Below, in pieces: positions 26,164 through 35,322 of a DNA stretch of 64,000 bases. Position 1 is the first letter of the stretch. Every line of letters begins with the position of its first letter. The position numbers and the translations under genes are program-made. Under the pieces are notes generated by a model that saw nothing but the letters and a program-made list of their open reading frames with translations, had not been told where the DNA came from and did no database searches. Origin of the DNA: Corallococcus sp. (GTDB taxonomy: Bacteria; Bacillota; Clostridia; Christensenellales; CAG-314); the NCBI GenBank assembly GCA_023665205.1, contig JAMPEJ010000005.1, positions 10,331-74,330 on the forward strand, given 5' to 3'.

Positions 26164-27876
26164 TCAATTCAGCGTGCGTTTGTAATCGTTTGACCAATCC
26201 AACAGTTCCTTTGCGGAGACTATCGCATGTTCCCCTACGCTGCCCATAAGTCTGGCTACTTCCTTTGCGCGCGCTTCCTCTCCGCAAAGAGGCGTAACTA
26301 ACGTATGAGTGCGTCCGTCGTATTCTTTTTTTTCTATATACAAAGCGGCATCGCTCATTGCCATTATCTGAGGCAGATGAGTAATTACTATACATTGAAA
26401 ACCGTCTTGCGAGCGAGAAGAAACGTTGGCAAGTTTTACCGCCACCATTTGCGCCATATTGCCGGATATACCCGTATCGATTTCGTCAAATACCATCGTC
26501 GGAATTTTTTCCGCAAGAGCGGTAATATTTTTGACTGCCAACATAAAGCGCGACATTTCGCCGCCGGAAATAACTTTGGACAGAGGCTTTAGCGGCTCCC
26601 CTACGTTTGCCGACATCAAAAATACCGCCTTATCAAAGCCGTCGGAAGAGGGCGACTCTCCGTACTCGTCCAAACCCGGTTTTTCGTTGAAATCAACTTC
26701 AAATTGCGTGCCGCGCATTCCGAGGTCAGCCAGTTCCTTCATTATCCTATCTGCCAAAACTTTTGCAGCCCTGCGGCGTTCCGTCGATTTGCATTCCGCA
26801 AGCGAGTACATTTCCGCAAGCACTTGCCGTTTTTCCTCATTGAGAGCGGCAATTGCCTCCGACGAGTGAGACAGAGTTTGATACTTAGTTTCCGCTTCCG
26901 TAAGGAAAGCAAGCGCATCTTTCACGGTGCCGCCGTACTTGCGCTTTATGGACTTTATCTGTTCCAAACGCGCCTCCGCTTTCTCCTGTTCGGCGGGAGA
27001 AAAGTCCATTGAAGACAAAATGTTTTCCAACGTGTCGCATACGTCCTGCGCTTCTAAGCGGGAAGAATCCAAACGCTTGCCTAATTCGTCAGCGCTTTGT
27101 TCGTAAGCGGATATTGTGCCGAGATTGTTTTGGGCCAAAGACAATTGGCTTATCGCACCGTTTTCGCCGCTTAAGCATTCCGTAGCCTGAGAAAGGGCAA
27201 CGGTAATCTTTTCCAAGTTCATCATCCGCTTATGGGTTGCCAAAAGCTCCGCTTCTTCCTCCTCGGAAAGGTCTGCATTTGCAAGTTCTTCTATTTGGTA
27301 TTTCAAAATATCCAACAAACGCTCGCGCTCGGCATCGCTGCCGCCGAAAGACTTAAGTTGACGGTTGATAGAAGCAAGGCGCGGCGCAAGTTCGTTTTTA
27401 AGGCGAAGATCCGCGCCGTTGAAATTGCAAAAACTGTCTAATACCGCAAGTTGATTTTTTTCGTTGAGCAAAGCCAGATGCTGCCCCTGACCGAATATAT
27501 CTACCAATTCTGCCGCTACTTCCTTTAATATAGCAAGCGTTGCCTGTTTGCCCTGTATTCTTATTTCGTTTTTGCCGGAAACGGTCATTTTGCGCGACAG
27601 CAAAATTTCCGTATCGGAACCGTAGCCGTATTCTTCAAGTTTTTTCAGCACGGGACAATTCTCGTCAACCTCGAACAAAGCGGTCACGTCCGCCCAATCT
27701 TCGCCGTATTTAATCATGGTTTTATCCGCTCTGTCACCCAAAACAAAGGCCAACGAATCGATTATGATAGATTTGCCGCTGCCTGTTTCTCCGGACAAGA
27801 CGGTAAGACCGTTGGTAAACTCTATTTCCAAGCGGTCGATCAGCGCTATGTTGTTGATTTCAATGCTTTTTATCAT
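26164..27876 (-). CDS. recN: DNA repair protein RecN
   Basis: GETGSGKS Walker A; SGGEMSR; FDEIDTGISG; ITHLPQI. Confidence 0.98.
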   Translation of the reverse strand: MIKSIEINNIALIDRLEIEFTNGLTVLSGETGSGKSIIIDSLAFVLGDRADKTMIKYGEDWADVTALFEVDENCPVLKKLEEYGYGSDTEILLSRKMTVSGKNEIRIQGKQATLAILKEVAAELVDIFGQGQHLALLNEKNQLAVLDSFCNFNGADLRLKNELAPRLASINRQLKSFGGSDAERERLLDILKYQIEELANADLSEEEEAELLATHKRMMNLEKITVALSQATECLSGENGAISQLSLAQNNLGTISAYEQSADELGKRLDSSRLEAQDVCDTLENILSSMDFSPAEQEKAEARLEQIKSIKRKYGGTVKDALAFLTEAETKYQTLSHSSEAIAALNEEKRQVLAEMYSLAECKSTERRRAAKVLADRIMKELADLGMRGTQFEVDFNEKPGLDEYGESPSSDGFDKAVFLMSANVGEPLKPLSKVISGGEMSRFMLAVKNITALAEKIPTMVFDEIDTGISGNMAQMVAVKLANVSSRSQDGFQCIVITHLPQIMAMSDAALYIEKKEYDGRTHTLVTPLCGEEARAKEVARLMGSVGEHAIVSAKELLDWSNDYKRTLN

Positions 27877-27980
27877 GATGTTTGCGTTAAGTATTATTTA
27901 GAGGGTTGACGCTTTGCAGATACCGCTCAACAAAATCAACCGCTTTTGAAAGGACGTTTTCAACAAAAAAATATAATGCG

Positions 27981-28430
27981 CTAGATAAGTTGGTTTATTC
28001 TGACGGCAACCTTGTCGGCGTCGGCTGCACGCGGACAAACGACCAATACCGAATTTTTATCGGCAAACATACCGAGTATTTTTTCCAAGCCCAACTGCTC
28101 TATTGCGCCCGAAACGGTGGATGCGCTGTCGGCTATGGTTTTGATCACAACCAAATTTTCCGCCGTCACAACGGAAACCACGGCTTCTTTCAATATCGTC
28201 ATAAGTTTACCGGAGATTTTAACCTCAACGCGCTGCTGCGTAACGTATTTGTAGTTACCGTCGGCGTCCTGAGTTTTGACAAGCCCGAGTTCCTTTATAT
28301 CGCGGGAAACGGTTGCCTGCGTAACGTCGAAACCTGCGTCGCACAGTGCCGTTACCAGATCGTCCTGAGTTTCGATATTGCGGCGCGATATTATATCTAA
28401 AATTTTAGATTGCCTTGACGAGCGCGACAT
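27981..28430 (-). CDS. argR: Arginine repressor family regulator (divergent effector site)
   Basis: TQ.DL, TQATVSRDIKELG winged helix; upstream of recN. Confidence 0.92.
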   Translation of the reverse strand: MSRSSRQSKILDIISRRNIETQDDLVTALCDAGFDVTQATVSRDIKELGLVKTQDADGNYKYVTQQRVEVKISGKLMTILKEAVVSVVTAENLVVIKTIADSASTVSGAIEQLGLEKILGMFADKNSVLVVCPRAADADKVAVRINQLI

Positions 28431-28520
28431 TTCGCCCCTCCTTATTTAACTAAATTTTGGAATTACCGTAGCAATGCAAAAGCCGGTGACTGCGCTTTAC
28501 CGGCCGCAACCGCATTACTT

Positions 28521-28556
28521 TTATACAATTATACACAATTTTTTGCATAATTTCAA
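28521..28556 (-). promoter_or_regulatory. sigma-A promoter of argR-recN with an overlapping ARG-box-like sequence
   Basis: TTGAAA-N17-TATAAT; TGTATAATTGTATA overlaps the -10. Confidence 0.55.
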
Positions 28557-28723
28557 GGATTTTAGAGCAAATGTTTGAAAAGTTTTTTTGTTTCGATTAC
28601 GATATAAGCAATATTGAAAGACTTCCGGCAATCGTACTTCTTTGCAAATTGAAAATGCGCAGAAATTTTTCCCTTTCTGCGCACAATATTTGCCTGCAAA
28701 TATTTTTTTTGACTGACCCCAAC

Positions 28724-29137
28724 TTACAGCCGACAGTTTTCTATCAAACCGTCAATTTGCTCTTTAAGCAGTGTTTCAAGTTGCTTGTAGTGGTCGAACG
28801 CATAGATATCCAATTCGTCAAAGGCATCTATATCGTCTTCGTGCTCCGAATCATTCCCCATAGACACGTATATATCGTAAGCAGCATTGAAATTTTCCAA
28901 CAAGTCCGTTGGCAAAACGGAACGCAAATCTTCGACCCGTTTGTCAAGGCAGTCATACAGGTCGTCGCTAACAGAAAAAAAGTCAAAATGCCCGCTGCCA
29001 CCGAAATTTCCGAACATATTCATGCAGTTATAGTATTCAAACAAGGAGTCGTACGGGGCAGGCAATTTTCCCTTACGGAATGCTTTTTGCGCCTTGTAAT
29101 ACCAATCGTTGTCCTTAGACTTTTTCCAAAACGACAT
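28724..29137 (-). CDS. Acidic hypothetical protein, DMP19/DUF4375-like (putative orphan immunity or DNA mimic)
   Basis: Y..........GGSGHFDFF and FDELD..AF.....LE.LL patterns; strongly acidic; GGGGG SD. Confidence 0.5.
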   Translation of the reverse strand: MSFWKKSKDNDWYYKAQKAFRKGKLPAPYDSLFEYYNCMNMFGNFGGSGHFDFFSVSDDLYDCLDKRVEDLRSVLPTDLLENFNAAYDIYVSMGNDSEHEDDIDAFDELDIYAFDHYKQLETLLKEQIDGLIENCRL

Positions 29138-29226
29138 AAAAATCCCCCTACACACGTGTTGCTAGCGTTTTATTAGACGGTATTAAAGACAAATAAGCAA
29201 AACGCCTTTTCCGCTAAGGCGCTATA

Positions 29227-29994
29227 TCAACCTTTTTTGGAAAAGACGCTCAAAATTTTTGCTACGGCAAACACGATGCTGTTGGCTTTTTTGACGGCAA
29301 TGCCTTTACCCGCGGCTTTAAGCGTTATTGTCGCCATGGAAATGACTGCGTAAACGGACACAGAGACCCAAAAAACCGCAGTGCTGTTAAGGGCCGCTTC
29401 CGCTGCGATTTCCGCCGCTATCGTTGCGGCGCACACACCGGAAACGATACCGCAAATATCGCCGACTATATCACAGCATACGGAGGACACAATATCGCGC
29501 TTTTTGGCAAGACTTACTGCAGTTTTGCCGCCCTTTACCTTGCGGGAAGCCATTGCAAGAAAAGGACCGATGTCGCAAGACGTTGCCGCAGTGCCGATCA
29601 TATCAAACAAAACGCCTAACACAAGTATTACTACCGTTATAACGATTGCAACCCACAACTGAGCATTAGTAAGCGAGAAGGAAGACAGCGCATTGACGGC
29701 AAACGCCAGCAAAAGCGAAATTACCAATGCTTTAAGCGGCCACAAGTTACGTTTTTTCTTCTTTTTATCCGAGTGTTGAGCGGACTTTTCCGCCGCGGCA
29801 GATTTGTCTACCTTTTTTTCTGAGGGATCGACGGCAGACGTCAACTGCGCCGCAGACGTTTGTTGCGCGACGTCCGATCGATCAAGATGCTCCGCTTTTT
29901 CAGCAGATTCGTTTACGGACGCGTCGTTTAATTGCGTTTCTTTTAGAGTTTCCTTTCCGTCGCTTCGCGGGACGGGCGCATCGCTGTTTTTCAT
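29227..29994 (-). CDS. oapA: OLE-associated protein A (DUF21-like membrane protein)
   Basis: GVLFDMIG.A......PF.AMASRKV.G, SS.C.DIVGDICGIVSG (DxxxD and GxxxG motifs); directly downstream of ole. Confidence 0.9.
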   Translation of the reverse strand: MKNSDAPVPRSDGKETLKETQLNDASVNESAEKAEHLDRSDVAQQTSAAQLTSAVDPSEKKVDKSAAAEKSAQHSDKKKKKRNLWPLKALVISLLLAFAVNALSSFSLTNAQLWVAIVITVVILVLGVLFDMIGTAATSCDIGPFLAMASRKVKGGKTAVSLAKKRDIVSSVCCDIVGDICGIVSGVCAATIAAEIAAEAALNSTAVFWVSVSVYAVISMATITLKAAGKGIAVKKANSIVFAVAKILSVFSKKG

Positions 29995-30224
29995 AATTCT
30001 CCGTAGATATATTTCGTCTGCACTACTGTTTACAAATAAACGGCAAACATTTTTGCATATATTAAAACTTGACGAAATAACGCCAAGCAAAAAACTTTCC
30101 GCAAGCGCAAAGATAATTTTACCCACAAACAACAAAATCCATCCCGCGCAATGCGTTTGTATAACGCGCGAATTAACGACGGCACAACTACCGCCGTAAA
30201 ACGCGATAAACGTTTCAAAAAAAT

Positions 30225-30806
30225 TCGGTGGTGACCTGTCGGATAAACCTTACGGCATAGGTTCAGTAGGATTTCCCACGCAAGAACTTCCCGTCGCCGA
30301 AGAAGCAGTTTCCTTTTGATCTCGCGTAAACGTCGTTACCGACCGTTTAACTGAATCGCCACTTAGTCCGTACTATAATCCCCGACAAGCCTGGTTTGCA
30401 GCCTAGAAGATTTCCTTTGCAGCAACCGGCACATTTTAGTTTCTTTTGCAAAATTCATTTTGTAAAGCAGTCGACGCGTCATTGTCGGCCAACAGATGCG
30501 AGTCGTTCTTTACTCCCAAAATTCCACTCAAAACAGGCTACTCTGTACACAGCGTTTGCACCGCATAGCAGGTTTAATCTCAGCGAGTAATCAGAGAGAT
30601 GTGCTCTCAAACCACCCGGTAGAGTCTCCGCGAATGATGGGGATAGAATGCATGCCATTGCACCTTACCCACCAATCTTAACTTCCAGCACAAGCCCCCG
30701 TTTGGGCAACGAAAGCCAGCACAAGAAACTTCATCGATATGCCCGTCGACGGTCTTTTAGTCCCGTCTTCAATGCCCGATTACTGACTAGAATACTGCAC
30801 CACCGA
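30225..30806 (-). ncRNA. ole: OLE RNA (ornate, large, extremophilic RNA)
   Basis: ~580 nt without a credible ORF; 5' UCGGUGGUG pairs with 3' CACCACCGA; begins GGUGCAGUAUUCUAGUCAG; lies between ispA and oapA. Confidence 0.93.
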
Positions 30807-30824
30807 TATTTAGTTGTAGAATAA

Positions 30825-30853
30825 TTTATATCATACATTTGCAAAAAATGCAA
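30825..30853 (-). promoter_or_regulatory. sigma-A promoter of ole
   Basis: TTGCAT-N17-TATAAA with TGn extension. Confidence 0.7.
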
Positions 30854-30995
30854 ATATATTTAGTATTTTTAGGCATAAAGGCGTTTGAAGAAACCTTTTG
30901 AAACGCCGTAAAACCGCAAAGAACAAACTTTTTGTACACTGCGTTACAATGTCACGTCAACAGCACGCAATTTCCTTGCTCTGCTCTACAAAGCG

Positions 30996-31811
30996 TCAAA
31001 AATTGCGGGCAAGATTTTTCTTCGCGTATTCTTTGATAAAGCCCAAATCGTACTGCGGCAGACTGTCGCAAAGCGCTAGCACGTTGTCGGTCAGTTTTTC
31101 AGCGTATTCGCGGCACTCGCGCTCGGACAAAACGTCCAAGAAAGATTTTTCGCACTTTTCCGCGTCCAACAAGTCGTCCACCACTTGATAAGCAATGCCG
31201 AAGTCGGTAGCGATCTGTTCGAATACGGCAACTTCCTCTTCCGAAGCATGTCCGGCAAGCGCGCCGCAAACGATAGCCGCTCGGATAAGATCACCGGTTT
31301 TGTGCACGGCAACTTCCTTTGCATCGTCAAAATTCTTGGTTTCTGCAAACAAGTCCAAGCACTGTCCGTAAATCATGCCGCCCACACCGCTCTTTGCAAA
31401 AAGATATGCGCAAGCCTTTTGGTAATAAGTATCCGTCAATTTGCCGCTAAAAACGATTTCTGCGGCAAGGTTAAGCAATGCGTCGCCTGCCAAAGTCGCC
31501 GCAGCCTCGCCGTATTGCAAGTGGCACGTGCGCACTCCGCGGCGCAGTTCGTCGTTGTCCATAGCGGGCAAATCGTCGTGAATAAGAGAATACGTGTGTA
31601 CGTATTCCAACGCAACGGCTAAGATAAAAGCGTTTTCCGTCAATTTTTTGCCTACCGCTAGCGCAGTGTTAAGCAAAAGCAACGGACGAAACCGTTTACC
31701 TCCGCTGAACAGACTGTATTCCATTGCCTGCTGCACTTTTCCGCCCTCTTTAGGCAAATATTTGCGCAAATATTCTTCGATTATTTCCAAAGTGATCTTA
31801 CTGTTCTTCAT
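30996..31811 (-). CDS. ispA: Farnesyl diphosphate synthase
   Basis: GGKRFRP, HTYSLIHDDLPAMD.DELRRG, GQ.LD, KT, QVVDDLLD. Confidence 0.96.
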   Translation of the reverse strand: MKNSKITLEIIEEYLRKYLPKEGGKVQQAMEYSLFSGGKRFRPLLLLNTALAVGKKLTENAFILAVALEYVHTYSLIHDDLPAMDNDELRRGVRTCHLQYGEAAATLAGDALLNLAAEIVFSGKLTDTYYQKACAYLFAKSGVGGMIYGQCLDLFAETKNFDDAKEVAVHKTGDLIRAAIVCGALAGHASEEEVAVFEQIATDFGIAYQVVDDLLDAEKCEKSFLDVLSERECREYAEKLTDNVLALCDSLPQYDLGFIKEYAKKNLARNF

Positions 31812-32001
31812 CGGTCAACCTCTTTACTTGTTCTGTCAAAACTTGCAGTTTTCCGCTGCAATCGTTTAACGTTTGCATACATTCCGAAGCCAAGCTGATG
31901 CTTTTTTCAAAAATAGATAAAGCCTGTTCCAACGGGATTTCGTTGCGTTCCATTTCTTCGGACAGTTCTTCCAACTTTGCCAATTTCTGTTCCAGATTCA
32001 T
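31798..32001 (-). CDS. xseB: Exodeoxyribonuclease VII small subunit
   Basis: LE..L..LE......E....PLE..L..FE....L...C...L; follows xseA. Confidence 0.93.
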   Translation of the reverse strand: MNLEQKLAKLEELSEEMERNEIPLEQALSIFEKSISLASECMQTLNDCSGKLQVLTEQVKRLTDEEQ

Positions 32002-33170
32002 TTTGTCTCCTTATTTTCCACCGTTGCGCTAAATGCGCCGTCAAAAAGCGTTACTCGTACCGTTGCGCCGACTTCCACCTGCGAAACGGAAGCCACCTTG
32101 TCTTCACCTTGCGACACGTATGCAAAGCCGCGCCGCAAAACAGTTGCGGGATTGGCTGCGTTAAGCCGCGCCAACGTTTTGTCCAATAAGTTTTGAACCT
32201 CGGCACACTTAGACGAAACGCTTTGCATATTACTGCGTAACCGTTGCGTTACTTTACGGCGAGCAGTATCTAAATTGCGTTGCAACGCGTTGCCCGCTCT
32301 AGTGGCGGAAAGCACAGCTACGTACTTGCGGTGTTTGACCGTGCGCGCGATAATACCGGATTGCTTTTGCAAAATGACCGATATTTTTTGTTTTTCCGCG
32401 GCAGCGTCCAACGTTACGAACTCCGCCGCTTCGCTTGGAGTGACGGCGCGCTTGTCCGATGCGAAATCGCACAAGGTGTAATCTACCCCGTGCCCGACGG
32501 CAGATACGACGGGCTTGTCGCACGCCGCAACAGCGCGAACCAAAACCTCGCTGTTGAATACGGACAGGTCCTCGTTGGAACCGCCTCCGCGGCCGACGAT
32601 TATAACGTCGACGTCGGTTTGCGCAAGATACAGTATGCCCTGTGCTATTTCCAAGTCCGCACCTTCGCCCTGCACCTTGACGGGGTACAATACTACGTCG
32701 CAAAAGGGCTGTCTGCGGTGCGCCACTTCGTCAATATCGTGTATAACGGCTCCGGTTGCGCTGGTGACGACACCTATTTTCGCGCAGGACTTAGGTATGC
32801 TTTTTTTACGCGATTCGTCAAACAATCCTTCCTTTTGCAACTGTTCTTTCAGTTGCAAAAACTTTAGATATGCTGCTCCGGTGTCCTTAGTCAGGGATAT
32901 ACGGCGCGCATAAAAAGATACGCGACCGCTCTTTACCCAATAGTTGAGGCGTCCCTCGACAACGGCCATAGCTCCGCTTACCGGCTCCGTGGCCCCTCCG
33001 TAACAAAAACAATCTACTGATGCATTGTCGTCTTTTACGGAAAAAAACCATCCGTCCCGAGAAGGTTTGACGTTGACTATTTCGCCGCAGACCGAAAGAT
33101 CGTTCAATACGCCGTCTACGTCAAATAAACCGTGGACGTAATTATTAAGTTGAGATACGGTTATCGTCAT
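31998..33170 (-). CDS. xseA: Exodeoxyribonuclease VII large subunit
   Basis: TVSQLNNY, IGVVTS.TGAVIHDI, VQG, RGGGS.EDL..FN, SAVGH..D. Confidence 0.95.
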   Translation of the reverse strand: MTITVSQLNNYVHGLFDVDGVLNDLSVCGEIVNVKPSRDGWFFSVKDDNASVDCFCYGGATEPVSGAMAVVEGRLNYWVKSGRVSFYARRISLTKDTGAAYLKFLQLKEQLQKEGLFDESRKKSIPKSCAKIGVVTSATGAVIHDIDEVAHRRQPFCDVVLYPVKVQGEGADLEIAQGILYLAQTDVDVIIVGRGGGSNEDLSVFNSEVLVRAVAACDKPVVSAVGHGVDYTLCDFASDKRAVTPSEAAEFVTLDAAAEKQKISVILQKQSGIIARTVKHRKYVAVLSATRAGNALQRNLDTARRKVTQRLRSNMQSVSSKCAEVQNLLDKTLARLNAANPATVLRRGFAYVSQGEDKVASVSQVEVGATVRVTLFDGAFSATVENKETK

Positions 33171-33188
33171 AAATTGTATATAAGGGCG

Positions 33189-33992
33189 CTAATTACCTAC
33201 TTTTTGCAAATTTTGAAACAACGCGGCCACTGTGACGGGACCAACGCCGCCCGGAACGGGCGAAACCGCCGCTGCGACCTCCCGGACATCTTGCGCAACG
33301 TCGCCGCAGCTTTTACCTTCTACAAAGGATAATCCCACGTCCACGACTACCGAACGCTCTGTGACGAAATCGCGCGTGACAAGATTAGGACAGCCGCAAG
33401 CGGACACGATAATATCCGCGCGGCGGCAAATATCCGCGAGTCCCCTAGTCTTGGTATGACATACCGTCACCGTAGCATTGCGTTTTAGCAAAAGAAGAGC
33501 CAAAGGTTTCCCCACCGCATTGCTACGCCCAATTATAACTACGTTTTTGCCCTCAAGTTCCACGCCGTAGTAATCCAACAAATTTATCACCGCCGTAGGC
33601 GTTGCCGGCGCAATGCAATCCTCTCCTGAATACAGTTTGGCGACGGCAAGCGGCGACAGACAATCGACGTCCTTTGCCGCGTCCAGAGCGCTTTTGGCGT
33701 CGGCGTACAATTTCGGCAGGGGCTGTTGCAATAAAACTCCGTTCACGTCCGCCATCCCGCATACAAACTTGACAAATCCGCAAAATTCTATAGGCTCGGC
33801 AGAGGCATCCGCAGTCAAGTTTTCCACTTTTACGCCGATCTGCTCACCTTTTACGGCGAGCGAACGTACGTACTGCCGCCACTCCGGCGAATCCAAACCG
33901 ACCGTTGCAAGCGTCAGTTTCGATTTGTCATCTGCGTTGAAACCGGCATAAACGGCGTCCGCCACGGGTTTGCCCAAAAGCAATTTAGCCAT
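33189..33992 (-). CDS. folD: Methylenetetrahydrofolate dehydrogenase (FolD family)
   Basis: KDVDC, PATP, IGRS..VGKP, ATVTVCH, VDVG, GDV, PVPGGVGPVT. Confidence 0.95.
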   Translation of the reverse strand: MAKLLLGKPVADAVYAGFNADDKSKLTLATVGLDSPEWRQYVRSLAVKGEQIGVKVENLTADASAEPIEFCGFVKFVCGMADVNGVLLQQPLPKLYADAKSALDAAKDVDCLSPLAVAKLYSGEDCIAPATPTAVINLLDYYGVELEGKNVVIIGRSNAVGKPLALLLLKRNATVTVCHTKTRGLADICRRADIIVSACGCPNLVTRDFVTERSVVVDVGLSFVEGKSCGDVAQDVREVAAAVSPVPGGVGPVTVAALFQNLQKVGN

Positions 33993-34380
33993 TGTTCACG
34001 CTCCTTGAATATGCCGCCAAAATTCCGTTTACGAAAGAAACGCTCTTTTCTGTGGAATACTTTTTGACAATTCCTACCGCTTCGTTTATTGCGACAGGGT
34101 GAGGCGTACCGACGCTTTGCATTTCGAAAATTGCCATACACAACGCGGCAAGATCCGGCAAATAAATGCGGCGCAACTTGAATCCGCGCGAAAAAGACGC
34201 CACCGTCTCTTCCAGTTGCGATTTGTTTGCAGAAACGCCTTCCACAAGTTCCGTTGCAAAAGCAACGTCCTCTTCAGTCAGTTTAGACGCGTCGAACTGC
34301 GAAAAATCTCCGTCGAATTCGCCGCTGATAAAATAAGCGTAAATTTTGCAATACGCCGCTTCTCTTGCGTAACTTCTCAT
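33985..34380 (-). CDS. nusB: Transcription antitermination factor NusB
   Basis: ARE, P..VAINEAV...KKYS....FVNGIL; start ATG 34380. Confidence 0.94.
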   Translation of the reverse strand: MRSYAREAAYCKIYAYFISGEFDGDFSQFDASKLTEEDVAFATELVEGVSANKSQLEETVASFSRGFKLRRIYLPDLAALCMAIFEMQSVGTPHPVAINEAVGIVKKYSTEKSVSFVNGILAAYSRSVNNG

Positions 34381-34399
34381 AAAACCACCCAAACGTCGC

Positions 34400-34428
34400 A
34401 AAAAACCCTTTGTAACTTCAAAGGGTTT
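34400..34428 (-). terminator. terminator-like hairpin between asp23 and nusB
   Basis: aaaccctttg-aagtta-caaagggtttttt. Confidence 0.65.
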
Positions 34429-34435
34429 CACGCAA

Positions 34436-34765
34436 TTAGTTTTCCTTGACCTCCACGTCGATAACGTGGACGTTTACGTCTTTGACTTTGAACTCCGTCA
34501 TGTCCTCGATAGTACTTTTTACAGTGCTTTGAATGCGGCTGGCCACGTCGGACACTTCCACCGTGCAAAGCAATTTCACAAACACGTCGATGTGCATTTC
34601 GTCGCCGATTTGCTCTATCTTGATGCTGTCTTTTGCCTGTTTAGATCCTGCGGCAAACTTCACCACGCCGTCGACGTCCGCTAAAGCGCAATCTACAATA
34701 TCCCGCAAGATTTCGCTGTTATAAACCAGCCTGCCTATCGCGTCGTGTTTTGTTACAACTTTCAT
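34436..34765 (-). CDS. Asp23/Gls24 family protein (YqhY-like)
   Basis: IDVFV.L......V..VA..IQ..VK..IE.MT...V..VNVHV; upstream of nusB. Confidence 0.9.
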   Translation of the reverse strand: MKVVTKHDAIGRLVYNSEILRDIVDCALADVDGVVKFAAGSKQAKDSIKIEQIGDEMHIDVFVKLLCTVEVSDVASRIQSTVKSTIEDMTEFKVKDVNVHVIDVEVKEN

Positions 34766-34825
34766 TAGGTCGTTTCTCCAATTTCTTTTGTATAATTATA
34801 CCACGTTTTTTTGCAAATTACAAGA

Positions 34826-35308
34826 TTAAACCGACAGTATTTTTACATATTCGTGGCTAACGTTTGCTTCCGTCGCTATGATATTGTAAATTTTGACGGT
34901 ATCTTGACGCGTAAGTTCGTCGCGGTCTACTATTACGCTGATATTATCCGAAGCGGAATTGACGGTGACGAGACAATCTTCGAACCCTTGCGCTTTGAGC
35001 AGCGTTTCCAAAAGCATTTCCGTTTCCATTGCGGACACGATGTTTTGTTTTTGCTCCAAGGCCTTTTTGCGCGCTTCTGCGTACTCGTCGCCTTCCATTG
35101 CCAAAATGTTGTTCAACTCGGCAATTTCGTAGTTACGGGTCGCTTGACGGTCGGCGCGCGACGTAGCAAAGAAGCCCGTTTGTACAGAATCGTTGTCGTT
35201 ATTGCCGTCGTCCGTTTTACGCGTAAGCAACGTAACGTTTAGTACCGCTGCGACAACAAGCACCAACACCATAGACACCATGAGAGCAATTTTCTTTCCT
35301 TTTGACAT
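34826..35308 (-). CDS. spoIIIAH: Stage III sporulation protein AH
   Basis: N-terminal TM, FF...R..R...R, E..LE.LLKA.GF.D..V; last gene of the spoIIIA operon. Confidence 0.92.
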   Translation of the reverse strand: MSKGKKIALMVSMVLVLVVAAVLNVTLLTRKTDDGNNDNDSVQTGFFATSRADRQATRNYEIAELNNILAMEGDEYAEARKKALEQKQNIVSAMETEMLLETLLKAQGFEDCLVTVNSASDNISVIVDRDELTRQDTVKIYNIIATEANVSHEYVKILSV

Positions 35309-35322
35309 TGTTTTTGTCCCTC

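Noticed and set aside
25988-26395. 135-aa minus-strand ORF overlapping the recN 3' end
   Set aside because: Alternative frame of recN that runs through its terminator; no SD or motif
30396-30681. Small ORFs of 64 and 61 aa on the plus strand
   Set aside because: They lie antisense within the OLE RNA
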